A DNA stretch of 62,115 nucleotides, counting the filler, from Choristocarpus tenellus KU-1152 (Eukaryota; Protista; Phaeophyceae): assembly GCA_964200185.2 (NCBI GenBank). It is 10 parts of 10 records of this genome, joined end to end, with 100 filler letters (N's around TTAATTAATTAA, not from the genome) between each part and the next. Parts side by side here need not be neighbours in the genome. Positions count along the whole stretch, not along the records: positions 26,099 to 34,325 come from CAXNAD020004972.1; positions 34,426 to 40,532 come from CAXNAD020008920.1; positions 40,633 to 44,151 come from CAXNAD020019483.1; 7 more parts are not named here. One strand, written 5' to 3'. The translations under genes were made by a program, and so were the position numbers. The notes beneath the pieces were generated by a model. That model was not told where the DNA came from. It was given only the letters and a program-made list of their open reading frames with translations, and ran no database searches. Within the stretch, counting starts at the first letter, position 1; the number at the start of each line of letters is the position of its first letter. This document shows positions 27,690 through 41,591 of the stretch, in pieces.

Positions 27690-29117
27690 ATACACTATTA
27701 CTTGATTGAAGTGTAGGGTTTAGGTGGGAAAAAAGTCTCCCCACCCTTTCTTCCTGTGTGTTCGCGCACCCACTCTTTGATGTCAGCAAGTATGTCCTCA
27801 CCGAGGCTCAGAATGAAACGCCTCGCGTTGCGCCCTTGCTCCGACACCTTGATGTGGCCCTTAGTTAGGAATTCTCTCTCCCATTTACTCACAGTTTCCG
27901 ACCTGACCATCGCATATCCTGCTGCCATCTCGAGCGCTGTTTGATGGCCTTTCCCATCGTTCATACAAGCGTACAGGATTCACAGTGTTAGACCCTTTAC
28001 TATCAAATTTCCTCTTTGAGCACCAGAAATGGGTGATGTCCATGTTTCCTGGGTGGGAGATATTTTATTATCAAGGCGCAAGAGGGAGGGAGGACAGGCT
28101 TGAGTTGATCGAAAATTGTGTTGATTTCTTGAATGAATGCAGGCGGGGAGAAAGCCTTAATCAACTTTTTTATGTCCAACCCTAAGTCCAGGAACAAAAG
28201 TGAATGTACGTCATCTTGCAAGAAGTGGGAGACACCAAACCATCGGTGTGCAAATAGTCTCAACCTCACCTCCTCTTTTTCCCTGGTGTCCTTGTCAATG
28301 GCTACCTCCACCTGCTCCGCAACCTCTTCTAAGTAAAGGATTTGGTGGTATCGAAAAGTCTCCACACCTGCCTTTGTTATGATCGCTTTCTCCTCTGCCT
28401 TGCGAGCCCTTTCAACCTTCTTTCGGGCTTCAGAGCCCTTGTAGCCCAACCCTAACACCTTCTTTCTCATTTCCTAAAGCCACTCCGGCTCACATAGCTT
28501 CCAAACAGCCAGGGCCTGCTGCAACTACTAAGATATTCTACACCCGGATTTTCGTTTAGGCGTTTCCTGAGGACAATACATGCAGTCGTACTGCTCTCTT
28601 CCCCATCCTTCCCTTCGGGCGGCCACCCTGGTTCTCCCTTCGCCTGCCGTGACCAGGCTTACCCGCAGACTTCGTCACTGTACCACCTAGTGATGGACTC
28701 GCCGCTCTCTTCCTCCTTTCCTGAGGCGGGCAGAGGCTGCAGAGCAGTGCTCCAACGTGATTGAAGATCTAACCACGTTTGTGCGGTAATGCTTCCCATG
28801 TATCTTCTCTCAGCGCCAGTGTCGCAGTCGCGTGATCCATTGCGCAATTTGATCATGCTGTTGTGCCACACTACTCGCACTTTCTTGTCACCTAACATCG
28901 CACTGAGTGTCACACAGTACTTGCTTTTCCGTCGCCTCTCGACAGAGAAGATGCTGAAGGTAGATCCAGGGGCCAGAGTGGCCTCGACGGCTCTCTTTTC
29001 TCCCCATCGTGGTTGATGTTGCTGTATGGGTCGCGTGTGTTTGTGCAGAAAGTGTGCAAATGGCGCTAAAAAGATGTCTGGAAATACATATTTTTTCGGT
29101 ATCGCCAAATGTGCCAA
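27690..29117 (-). pseudogene. Degenerate transposase-like N-terminal region (probably IS630/Tc1/mariner-related)
   Basis: ETVSKWEREFLTKGHIKVSEQGRNARRFILSLGEDILADIKEWVREHTGRKG resembles the HTH region of eukaryotic IS630-like transposases. Fragmented upstream ORFs at 28003-28470 and 28659-29117. Confidence 0.45.
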
Positions 29118-29129
29118 ACTTGGGCAGTG

Positions 29130-29761
29130 ACCTAACCCACATCAGTTTTTTGCGGGGAGTTCAGCCAACCACTTCGTTTTTGTCCGTTTTGAAGTCGCGT
29201 CCTTCAAAATTGAGCCGGAGACGTTCCCCCGCGTTTTGGCCATAATTTGATCGGGATATAGCTCCCATTCCACCAAGTTAGGACATTACTAATGGATACA
29301 AACCTTCAAAAGCTCTTGTCATAAGCTTTCATTTGATATATATTGTTGCATCATTCTTGTGGTGATACGGTGAAAAAAACCAAGATTGCCACAGAGGGCA
29401 AAGCTACTGGTACCACTTTAGTAGTCCATTTAAGGTGGACAACAAGTGTTGCACAAGAAGGTTGGAGAGAGGGGATGAAGTGACGAGTGCTGCTAGGATG
29501 GTTGAGAACCAAAGAAAGCGAGAGTTACCCAATGTTGCATTTAAGGTTGCTGACAATCATGTGCAAAATTGGGCTTTTTACGGATGTGTACCTGATAGTT
29601 TATGGATTCTGTTGAAAAGTCTCAAACAACACAGAAACCAACACTCTTAAGTCGAATTTAGCACTTCATCCATAAATGTATGGGTGAATTCCAAGAGGTT
29701 GAAAAACTTATTTAAAACGCAAAACGGCCAAAACCTGAGTACCTCTCGCTAACTTTGGCTC
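29130..29761 (-). mobile_element. Terminal region of a longer TIR element family (copies also at about 12080-12181 and 27140-27264)
   Basis: Shared block ..ttagcacttcatcc..ggtgaattcc..cctgagtacctctcg..ACTTTGGCTC in three copies; same GAGCCAAAGT terminus as family A. Confidence 0.7.
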
Positions 29762-32229
29762 TGGACCCCCAATGCATGAGAAAAAAAGGCAAAGCTCACG
29801 CACAAGGCAATTTGTTCAAAGATAATGATTGGTAGCTATCAATAGCGGTGGAAAATTTTAACTATTGTCGGCCACCCCTGCCTTCCCTTCCATCTATTCA
29901 ATCCAACATCAATTTTTTGATTAGAGTGTTCAGCTCCCATCAACAACATTCCCCACCCATTGGAGAGTCTGAGGAAGGGAAGTCCTTATCCCCATGCATC
30001 CACGCAGACCTTGAATGACACCCTCATGTTGTTCATGTGAGCGGTAAGAAGCAGGTTGGCCAAGTAGTTTTCATCGGGATGATTGCCAACAATTGCCGAT
30101 CTCTAGACCTCAACAGGGACCTCATTGTAGAGGGAAGTATGAGCGCGAATGGAGTGGCGAAGTGCGCCAGACTGCTAAAGAACATCAGTTGTTCATGAAT
30201 AGTGCTGCGGATACACTATAGACACCACCAGTGGAGCCAGATACGTGTTTCCATATATTTCAGTTGAGCTCTACCCAATGTTTATGTATTGTAGGGACAT
30301 GATATTAGATTATCTGTTGACGTATCATAAATGGTACATATGATACGTAGATGATATTATTTTCTAATTATCCACGTGGGTGTTGCAAATCCCACATGGT
30401 AGTCTGCACCTGTCTCACTCCACCTGTTCAGTCAGTGGAATTGAGACCAAAGCTCCTTGTGACAATAATATTGTATATTTACACCAAGCCATCTATTGTC
30501 CTCTACCAAGCAAGCCACATAACAACCGCGGGTCCAGTGTGGAATATTTCAGCACCAGTGCCTGAGGGTACCAAGTGCAAACCAAGACAAATGTTCACGA
30601 CAGATATTTACCTGTCCTGTGCGAGGCACCAGGTGCAGGGGAAGGTAAGTACCCTCAGATGATATTCTTGGTTATAAAGAAATTGCTAGGCTCATTTTGG
30701 CCAGGTTATAAATGCGCAAGATGGTATCAGATTTTCATAGGGGCCTTGCAAAATTCGCCACGAGATTATGATGAATTCTTTTCAAAATCCGATTTTGATT
30801 ACTTAGTCTACCCCCATCCATTATGGAGCCTCAACATATGCCTTCCTGATTCGGTATCTTTTTCTCTCACAAACATTCCGGACTGATACCGAATAGAGCA
30901 AGCGTATGGTATGCCTACATATTATTTTTAAGTCATTTATAATTCAATACCACAATCCTGACCCTCCACCTTAATCTCCCTCGGCCCCTCATTCCATACC
31001 TACTGCTCCCATAACAAATGAGGGGGGTTATACTCACCTATTTCGGAGCAACTACTGTGACTGACTTTCTAATTTGCGTTATATCTCTGGCTCTTGCTTG
31101 GGTATTTGACTTTTATCATGGCCCCATGGATAAGAAGATTCCATGCATGTAGATGGACTTTCGATTTCTGTTTCAATATTGCTTTCATGTTATGAACGAT
31201 CGAACGCCTAACTACAGCGATTTCACAGTCTCCTTTAAGGATTGCTTTAACCGTGCCTCTAGAGAGTATGAGCAATATACGCAAACAGCCCTCTATCCAA
31301 CACCAAAAATGGGAAAAAAAAGGCGGTCCTTGGTCCCATAATATCAGGTCTTCCATTCGAGGCTTGATGGGGTGTTGTAAAACACCCCAGGTGATTTCCA
31401 TTCGGTTTTGGTCCAGGCAGGGGGATGGAAAAACGAAGGTGCGTCCAGATGAAGGAAATTGTCCTTAAATTTGACTTATTTAGTCAAATGGCAAGAAAAT
31501 CGCTACAGGGTCACAAAGGCCCGAATGGACATCTGACCTCCACCTCTAGGATACAATAGACCTTGGCCAATTTCAATAAGTGCATTCCTCTTTGCAATTT
31601 GCAACAATATTGGCGGGTGTAGGTAGTATATAAGTAAGAGAATAATGGATGGAGTCGCAGCTAGATATATTTGTTTTTTGCCCAATAAACCTACTTCTGG
31701 AATACAGACAAGTATCACAACGCATACATGATTGTTGACTCCTGCATTCACCAATATGGACTCCCTAACTTCAATCAGTGAGACTCGGCTCTCACTCCAT
31801 TGGGTGTGTCTTGAGATATATTTATTACTTGTTTGTTGTCACTTGTGCACTCTTGAGCTTATAGATCAAACTCAGTAGAAAACCTCAGTCCTCTCTCTGG
31901 AAATTTGGAAGTGAGATGGTGTGGGGCTTTCTCTACTTGCTGTCAGATGTCTAGAACAAAGTTACTTCTAGAAGTTTCAGATGTTTCTGTCCTTCTTGAT
32001 TACATCGAAATTGTATCTAGCTATCTAGAAGCTTTCCTTCTAGAATGCACAGATTTGACTGAAAAAGTCAAACACTATCCCTTGTATACCACCACATTTC
32101 ACTGAACATACTTTGGAACACTTCGTACAGTGCAACTACTAACACCCCGACTCACCATGCCAACTAGTTCCATACTCCAACAAAGTGCTAGCCAAGTACA
32201 ACACTCACTCTACTCCTTGGTTCGCTGAA

Positions 32230-34157
32230 ACCAACACTAATCCCAGCAATGTTCAAGTCAGTTCCCCCTCGAATATCTAACTCTACATATTTTACTGAGA
32301 CAACCTCTTTCAAGTATTACCACACTGTCATGATTAGCATCCGCATCAGCACCCCCACTACTTTCTAGTAGGGTATCTCCTGCACTAATTGCTTCTGACC
32401 AACGGAATCTGGGCAATCCTTCGTGAAAAGCATTATCCCCTGTGATGACGTAACCATGAGCCAAAGTATCTTAGAGGGTAGGGCCGCGTCCATTTGGGGG
32501 TCAAAATCCAAGGGTCAAAAACGGACGCCGGCACCTCCCACCAGATACTTTGACCCAATGTTGTGATTTTGATGTAATTTTGGCTATCATGTTTGTTAGG
32601 AAGTGTCAATATCCTTGTTCCGGATGCACCTTTTCATATCATACACACTTTTCTACTCCAAAGCCTTTTCGGAGTAGGAAAACGTCATAAAAGAACCCTT
32701 GGGAAGTCAAACCCCAAATGGACAAACAGGGCAAAACTCGTACCCTCTAAGATTATTTCACTCCATGCTGATCCTGGTGTCAAAACTCCTTGAAATTGTT
32801 TGGCATTAGATTTACTCATTAATCTATAGTTTTTCTTCTCGCAGTCATTGTAGATGTGACAGCCCATGCAGAAGCTGACTTCCTCAAGATCCTGAATAAT
32901 GAGCTTCGTGCTCAGTTCTTTATCAAGCTCCTCCTCTACAGTTCTGTCCCTACTGCCCACCAGGATGCCGTCAACATGTATGATAATTATTGTCTCCAGT
33001 TCTCCATCAGTGGTCCTTCTTAACACGCAAGGGTCAGCTCTTGAATGCTCGAAAGTCAGCGTCATTGGTAATTCTGTGATCATGCAGTTCCAATTCTGTG
33101 ATGCGTGGATCAAACCATATTTGGAACGGTTTAGTTGCCAACAGTCCTGGGAAACTTCTAGGACTGCTCCAGAAACGCGATGAAGACTTCTCCCTACAAT
33201 GATGTTTGAATGAACGTTTATTCCACATGCAGATGTCTTAGTTCCACATTCTACATTACGACTGTTGCCAGTAACATCCCGATGCTTGCTGCCAATGGTA
33301 TTGGCGTGAACTTCTCTGTGTAGTCCAACCCAGGTATTTTCCAGAAGCCCTGCACCACGAATCAGCACGTGTATCTTGCCACTCGCTTTTCTCGTCCACT
33401 TTCTCTTGAATACAATATTGGATCCAACCACCTTGTGGTCAGTTGGGAGTTGTTCTTTTCCAGTCCCTCCATTTCAGCTCAAAGGCCTTAACCCAAAGCC
33501 TTGATTCTGCTGAGGAAAGAGATTGTCGTAGATTGTTGGTTCAGGTCATAGTTCACATGCCAGTCCCTCTGGCGCAACCAGAGCTTTCATTGTCGTGTTC
33601 TTGTGTACCCCTTCCTCCATCATTCCCACCAGTTCGAATTTCATCCTTCCTTTCTTCAAGAAGCAATGCAGTGCCGAGTTGTTGTTGATGACAGCATCCT
33701 TGCCATTGGCTTCTTGAACTGCTGATGCTTTCGCTGTTCAGATCAATGTCCAACCTTTCATTGTTGGATAAGCCTGCCCAGTCCAGATCATTTATTTGCC
33801 CAAGTGTTCTGGACACTGGTTGTTGCGGCTGATCCCTTGGATCTTTAAGTAACTCGGTTGCTTGTGTGGCCCTTCGTTTTTCTTAGATTGACTGCTTATC
33901 ACTGTGCCAAACTGTCACACGGTACCACCAGCTCCGGGGCCTTGTTGTCTTTTGCAGTGGGATCGCTTGGTCTCATCATCTGGTTGTTCTGCCTGTGAAT
34001 GCCATGTCGCATTCTGTCGTATCACTATGGCCTGTGTTACTAGATTGAGCACCTTTCTTGTGAAGTTCGTTTTGTTTATGGCATTCCAAACATGATGCAT
34101 TTACGCCTACATAGTGCTAGTTTATGTCTCTGGTTGTGCGTCTTGAATGTAACCCAC
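32230..34157 (-). mobile_element. Ty1/copia LTR retrotransposon pol remnant (end of integrase, RT, start of RNase H)
   Basis: YGLIHASQNWN..FEHSRADPCVL..IIIIHVDGILVG..DLEEVSFCMGCHI matches RVT_2 motifs; VVGSN.VFKRK upstream; frameshifts, stops and a MITE insertion. Confidence 0.9.
32458..32763 (+). mobile_element. MITE family A copy inserted in the copia remnant, carrying a 45-bp nested mini-element (32512-32556)
   Basis: GAGCCAAAGTATC..ATTATTTCACTC; extra GGGTCAAA..TTTGACCC segment relative to the other copies. Confidence 0.88.
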
Positions 34158-34325
34158 GAGTGAAAGTATCTTAGAGGGTACGAGTTTTGCCCTTTTTATC
34201 CATTTGGGGATTGGCTTCCCATGGGTTGTTCTATGACATTTTCCTACTCCAAAATGTTTAGGAGTGAAAGTATCTTAGAGAGTACAAGTTTTGCCCTGTT
34301 TGTCCATTTGGGGCTTGGCTTCCAA
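34158..34325 (-). mobile_element. Two nested MITE family A ends (34158-34261 and 34262-34325)
   Basis: GAGTGAAAGTATCTTAGAG occurs at 34158 and again at 34262; truncated by the linker. Confidence 0.85.
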
Positions 34326-34425
34326 NNNNNNNNNNNNNNNNNNNNNNNNNNNNNNNNNNNNNNNNNNNNTTAATTAATTAANNNNNNNNNNNNNNNNNNN
34401 NNNNNNNNNNNNNNNNNNNNNNNNN

Positions 34426-37400
34426 TCTGCGTGGGTCATGAGGACCATGGCTGCAGCGCCATCATTAAGGCTGGAGGCGTTTGCCGCAGTCACAGTACCC
34501 CCTTTCCCCTTGAAGGCTGGTCGCAGAGAAGGGAGCTTTACCAGGTCGATCTGTTTCATACCAGACAACAACCAGTTGTTTTTTTATTTTTTTATTTGGT
34601 GTTATTTATTATTCTTTTCGTAACTTTATTTTTTTAAATTTGTTATGTGGCTTCTTTGACCTGGTTGTATACACACACGCCACACACACACATATACATA
34701 CATAATACATGTATACACATATTAATACATATATACATAATGCATAATATATATATATATATACACACACACACAACAGATAATAGATAAGACAAAAACG
34801 AAGAAAATGACCAAGAGGATTGTTATTGATTATTGTTATTATTATTGAGACGAAAAAATTAGCTAATGAAAAATATGAAGAGCAACATTCAGACCAATAA
34901 AAATCGTGCAGCTGTTGTGCGTCTTCGCACACCGAGATGATAGGATCTGTTTGGTCTGGAAACCTCCCCTATCCCTTCCTTTATGTTATACCATTACTTC
35001 CGTATCTTATTGTTATTATTGTTATTATTATTATTTCTTGGCATCACTCCGTCACAAGGAAAGTTCAAGCCACCCCACATGCGGGATTTAAACGACATTT
35101 AAACGATTTAAACGCGACTCTTGACAAAAACTAATTCTTTGAGGTAGATGGAGAAGTTTTCAGGTACAACATTCTTTGAGGTAGGTACAACACATCATCG
35201 ATCTGATTGGAACATCAAACAGTACAGTACAGTACAGTATAGTACAGTACCTCATGGTCGATCTTGGTGCACACCAAGATACCTGAGGGAGAGGGAGTTA
35301 GAGGAGGGAGATGACTAGGACAAAGGGGGAGGGGGAAATCAGGGTATTGAAAAACATTGAATTAAAAACAACAACAACAACATGAATGAATGCCTAAACG
35401 AAACACGTTTAAAAAAGCCTGTTTGGCAGTGGCAACCCACTGTGGGTGATTTTCTTACTTTTCTTACTTCTCTTAGGGTTAGGGACCACCGTTGAAAACT
35501 CACATTGGTGAACTCTTCATCTCTTGATATGATCAATGGATCTCCCTTTCTCTGGGGCACTTCCACAGGGACCACCTCTTGATCAAACTTTCCCTGAACA
35601 AACAGAAAAAATGATGAAGGCATTGTAGAATAAAAAAAAGACCAGTCCACAGGCAGGCAGGCAGGCAGGCCGGCCGGCAGTTTCTGTTACAGTCAGATGG
35701 CACTTACACAACAAGATGTAGAACTATTCATCCTGGACATGACATTAATGGACGCTAGAATGGTCACGTCTCTTGTCATGACATTAATACCGTGAAGGGT
35801 AGCTGCAAAGATAAAAAAAAAATGTTATTAAAAAAGAAAATTGTAGTGTAGTACCTCTCTGTGACCAACCTAGCGTTTGACCTACCTAAATGGAGGGAGG
35901 CACACATGCCTACATTCCTATGTACATGGATCACCCTTTGATAAAAATCCACATCCTCTTAAAAAAAAAATTAAAGACAAAAAAAAGTATCAAGGTAACC
36001 GTTGCAACGCCTTCACATTGATTTGACGGCGAAGGAATAAATAATACAAGTCATACACAGATTATATATTAAAAAAAGGTATCTGTGTTACACTCAAGAC
36101 AAATATAAAATGATAGCAAAGAAACACACACGCACACACTCACACACACACACTTGTCCTCTACTACTTCATTTTTCTTTTGTCACTAAGGCACGAGCGA
36201 TGCAAATCATTTTTTTTTTCATAAAAAAAAAAAATGAAGCGGCCACTCCAATTTCGTTCTCGATGAACACAACAAAGAATCTCAAAGCATGCACACAAAC
36301 GCACGAATCAAAACGCACGAATCAAAAGAACAAACAAACAAACAAACAAACAAACACACACACACACACACACACACAGCAAAGGAAACCCGCAACAGAC
36401 CACCCAGCCCTCACAAGTCTAACAGAACGACCAATCAAATCTAACACCTCTTATCTTCGGCAACCAATCAAATCAATCACTTTTCAACTCAGTCACTAGC
36501 ACCGCCATCTTCAACTCAATCGAGCATCATCATCGATCCCCTCCACGGCCGCTGCTAACAACGCCACCTTACACTCTGGTACAGACGCGCGCAAACCGGC
36601 GTGCAAGTCCACCTTGTGCGTGCGCTCGCAATCCTAAACGTGCGTGGGGCACGTGATGCTTGCTTGCCTGCTGCCATGCATCGGCTGCCCTCGCGTAGCT
36701 CCGGGATGCATACAGATCTTGGTCTTCCCTTCCCAGCCCGTACTTTTCTGCACAGAGTTCGGCGCAAACTCCCATGTGATGGTCGTCGTACACGTCCCAC
36801 AAGCCGTCATGAACAACGCCTACGAGATAGGAAAGATAAAGAGGCATTAAAAAAAATAATGTAAAGGTGACTGGGGTTGGGGTGGTGGGGTTCTGGGGGT
36901 ACTTTGTTGCGAATCGTAGCGATTGAGTCCAAGACAGTAGTCAACATAAAATAAAATAAATCGAAGGGTTACAATCAACTGTTTTTTTTTTTCTTTCCTT
37001 TTTTCCCCTCTCTGCGCGCTGCGTACGCATTTAAATTTAAATTTAAATATAAGTGCGTTGGAAGTCGTTGAGATTATTTGTCCTATTTTTATGTACACTC
37101 CCCAAAACCTTTCCATTCACAACAGCACTAGCTACAGGTCTCACGTCTTTTGGTAAAAGAGTTTTGAGGGCTGACGGAAGGGGTTTGGTATTGGATAGGG
37201 CGGGATGTGCAAGAGAAGAGGGCAAGGGTGTTTATTGCGTGTGTCTCAGGGTTAGGAGGGTGAGGAGTGAAGACATTCCAAACAGGAAAATTGAACAATA
37301 CGTAGAGCATGAGCTATTACTATTTGAATATCAAAATTTCTAAGATATGAGCGCTTTGAGTCGGCTGGGTTTAGGGTTAGGACCGGGGATCCTAAAAAGG

Positions 37401-39519
37401 AAAAAACAGGAGCGACTTGGCAGTCCTCCAACCGTGTATCTCTGTTGGTATGTACAAGGGATCCGATAAATCAGATCGAGATATTTTAATCAACAAAGCA
37501 GTAACAAATCTCATCTTCCCCCACTACATAGCATATTGATATATAGCACATCGATATACTCACCATCTACAAACCTACAAACACTTCTACCAGCACAACA
37601 GTAATTTCCAATACAGAAAGGTGGGCAAGGTAGATCAAGATGACTACACTAATAATCCCTTTCCTATCATGTGAGTCAGAGCTAAGAGTACTACAGACAC
37701 TGTTACCTTCCCACATTACTGTTTTCTACAAGTCCTTCCTGGCTACGCAAAACGAATTTTCACCCCTCCTCCCTACATTTATAACCATCAACTACCCAAC
37801 TCACAACCTCACCATCAACCAAGGTCCCATTGCCCAGCCTGTATCCTTTTCTGGCCTGCAGCAGGTAGTAAGGCACGTTAGACATGCTCTCAAATCCGCC
37901 AGCCACAACAACACCTCCTGCTTCCCCTGCCTCAGGGCCGAGGGATAGCCCCTGGGCCGCCAGCATCACCGCCTTCATACCAGAAGCGCAAACCTTATCA
38001 AGCAAGCGGTGGGGGGGCAGGAGAGGGGAGGCGTGCCAAAAATGAATATCAATAAGATGAAGGTGTAGGGGACATGGCATGAAAGGCAACAATATAGAAC
38101 TAGGCCTTAGGTGAAATCGACTCATATGTCCCATGAAACTCTCGACGACTCAACAGCAGGGTACTTACACATAGAGAACGACTCATGAGCAGTATTACCC
38201 ACATACACATCAAATTCTGGTAACATGTTACAAAATCATTTTCAGTTGATCCCTTGCTATAAAAGCACATCGATATTCACCTTGTTTATGGTTGTGCAAG
38301 GAACTGTTACAGGAAGACCTGTCTCCATGCCAGAGTGAAGGGGTAGTAGTATTCAGCAAAGGCACAAGCAGGTAGGAAAGTAAAAGAAACCGCTGGTGGG
38401 TATGATAAGGTATGGAGGTGACAGGAAGGGGCTGTACTCACAAAATTGACACAACCAACCATGAGCAACAATGCGTTCAATGATGAGATTGCAGACTTCA
38501 AGGTAACGACACACTTCGTCATCTCAAACCAAATGAAAATATCTATGAGCTACAGTCTCAAATGTACCACATAGAAAGCTACAATAGTGGAGTACATTAC
38601 ACTCCTGAACATTGTGATCCTCTACAGTCGCCATATACCGCTGCTGGCTCGAACTCAACATATTTCTCATATAATTTTGCGCACAAGCCATAAGAGAGGG
38701 TGGAATTCGATTAGTCACATCTTTTTTTCACTAACACTCATTGCCTTGTCCCAGTTGCTCTCACCCCCATAAATGACTGCCTGCCTGGCTGGTGCCTGCC
38801 CTGAGCCAGCACCTACGACATTTCCCATGAATGTCTCTTGGACTAAAGCGGGATCAATGCCTGCATATCCGTGGGGTGGCGGAGTGAAATGAGCCACCAA
38901 TATCCGTTGTGACGAGTGGCGAAGATTTACGAGCTGGCATATCTATTCACCAATTGACCATGGACAGAAATGGAGTGCATTCTACATAGCACCCTAAATG
39001 CTGGGGGAAAGAGTTCCTCCCACAATGTAAATTATGGGCAAGGCATGTTGAAAGTCATAAAAATGCTTCAGATTGATATTTACTGGTTGGCATATATTCC
39101 TTACAAACCTGCTTGGGCAACGGCCTCCCTGACAGCAACAGCGCCGAGTTTTGGACCGGACAAACCGGACATGTCGCCTCCAAACTTCCCGATGGGCGTG
39201 CGGGCAAATGAGACAATCACCACATCCTGGAAAAGAAGATGGGTTATTGCTTGGAATACGCTTGCGTCCATCACGTAGAAGATCCATATTTGAGATGGGT
39301 TATCTCCTAGAAGTAGATCCAAGACCAGCGCGGACACTACTCATATCAACTGGACTATGATACTGAGTGACTAGTCTATGGGACTTCTATCCATTCAAAG
39401 ATAGAACCACTAGCCGACCTTACCTTATCGCTTGCATTTGACAATTGTCTGGTCGATTTACTCAAGCACGACATTTGTTGGTGGCCCAGCAGATATCTAC
39501 AAACTCTAGTGGCCGCCAT
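34426..39519 (-). CDS. Acetyl-CoA acetyltransferase (thiolase), probably mitochondrial; 3' end cut by the contig linker
   Basis: Exons 39519-39424 ([32 protein letters not shown], presequence-like), 39226-39109 ([17 protein letters not shown]), 38860-38765 ([16 protein letters not shown]), 38318-38281 (CTTINK), 37993-37813 ([17 protein letters not shown], catalytic Cys), 36819-36668 (DGLWD..HMG.CAE), 35593-35504, 34550-34426 ([17 protein letters not shown]). Confidence 0.95.
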
Positions 39520-41414
39520 GTTGAACTTGTGATTGAGCGGGTGACAACAATATGGTTACACCTCCACCTAAAGCGAAAGCCCTCAAGGCAAGCTCAATAT
39601 ACCTCTGTTTTGGTGTCTGATAGTACCAACTGAGAGTGTCGCGTTCTATAGTTGGGCGTATTGAGGTAATATCAACAACTTGTTCAACATGGAACATTAC
39701 ATAACAATACCCCTAAAAATGTATCAAGGCATTTTTGAGAGCATCCAACCATCCAATCACCTCCTCCAATTTTGGCGTTTCACGCAACAAAAATACACTA
39801 TTATGTATGGAAGGCGTGTGTACTCTTGTATTTCCTCATTTCAACATGTATGTATCGGACAGGTCCCTTTTTGGGGGGGGAAGCTGATCTCAGTCCAGAT
39901 ACATATCCGCGCGCACACACAAGTGCATTGCGCGCACATTTCTTTGTCATTGGTGACGTTCCCACCAACATCAAACATAAAAAACTCTTGAGAATTCTCA
40001 GACCTCTTACCGTTCACGAACACCAAGATATGACGTCATCTGGTGGATCTGGGATTCTCTTCAAACTTCTCCTGAGATTTGATGACTGAGAGAGCTTTGG
40101 GTTTGCTGGGAGCACCCCACCATGACACAACTGGTGATTCTGAACACCCTCACGACTACTGATTGGACCCTGCCTCACGACAAATGCATCAATAAAACTA
40201 CCATTTTTGGACTAATGCGATTATTGTACAACCAGTATACTTGGTATTATGTAAGACGAAATTTGTGATATTATTTATAGTCCGCATCTTGCTTACAGAC
40301 AAATCTTGAGTATTAATACACTATTTAGTGAGTTCTCCTCCTGTTGTTACAGGCGAATAGCGCGAGCATTTCTTCCCATGTTTTAGCAAACACGAACATT
40401 TGCGACAGACGTATAGTAGATAGGGCAAGTATATTTTATTATTATGCCCTCTGACATTTTGCAGATGTGTCAGGGGGGAAACCAATGAAAACAATATATA
40501 TATAAGAATACTATAAGACAATGCGTGGAAACNNNNNNNNNNNNNNNNNNNNNNNNNNNNNNNNNNNNNNNNNNNNTTAATTAATTAANNNNNNNNNNNN
40601 NNNNNNNNNNNNNNNNNNNNNNNNNNNNNNNNCTGTTCTTTGTCCTTCATTAAAGCACCCTAAAAGCCGCGGGTCCAGTGTGGGATAGTTCAACATATGG
40701 GGCATTTGCAAGTCTACCGTATACGCTCGATAGTGGAAAGCTAGGCTATGGCCGCAGCCTTCCGCGTCACACCATTCTCTCTCTTGAAAAAAAAATAACA
40801 TGGCAACCTTGACCATCATTCTTGGCTGGCCACCTAAAAAAGGGTGTATTCCCTCACCGATATATGTACCCATCCATTGCCGTAACGTCGTCTCAACGGA
40901 GCTGTAAGAGCTGTCCTTTGATGCGTGGGATGTCGATTGCAGACGAAGCACCTGAAAGGACCGCTGTGTGTCCTAAGAAAGTCGAACAAGAGTCTTCGAC
41001 AAGCTCGATGTGGAAAGGGGTGAAGTTATCGATGCGTGGACGCGATGCATAAACAGGTTGAGCTGTCACGAATGCTGCAAGAATTCTCGTAAAGTCTGGC
41101 CTTGGGCAGGAACATCTTCGAATCACTGATTCCTAGCGAAACCTGTCAAAAATGAAATAACAATGTGATACACAAAAAACAGATCGGCAATGTGAGCGTG
41201 CGAATGGCGAGGAAGAACTACCTAGGCAACGTCTATACCATGGCGGTCGAACATCACTCTTTTTATGACTATAGGCTAGTGATGTGGTGATCAGAGGCCA
41301 CTCGTTTTACGGCTAGAGAGGGGCGATTCCTTCAGAGTAACATAAGCCCTCAGACCGATGAAGATGCCGAGTCTAGGGAGGGAATCTCATCGACGACAAA
41401 TGAAGACCACAAAC

Positions 41415-41482
41415 CCAGGTGGAACAAGAAAACAATCCAGGTGGAATGAGAAAACAATCCAGGTAGAACAAGAAAACAATCC
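41415..41482. repeat. 22-bp tandem repeat, 3 copies
   Basis: ccaggtggaacaagaaaacaat repeated. Confidence 0.85.
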
Positions 41483-41591
41483 TATGTGCTAGGGTGAACA
41501 AGGAGTAATCTCTCCAGTTTGAAGAGAGGCGGTAGGACCTCCATGTTACAGACGCCTGTAACATACCCTCCCTAGGAACCATGAGCATATA

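Noticed and set aside
37060-37116. [12 protein letters not shown], resembling the ABC1 N-terminal motif, inside a thiolase intron
   Set aside because: In-frame stop just upstream, no convincing splice sites, AT-rich context and a different contig from the ABC1 gene; treated as coincidence.
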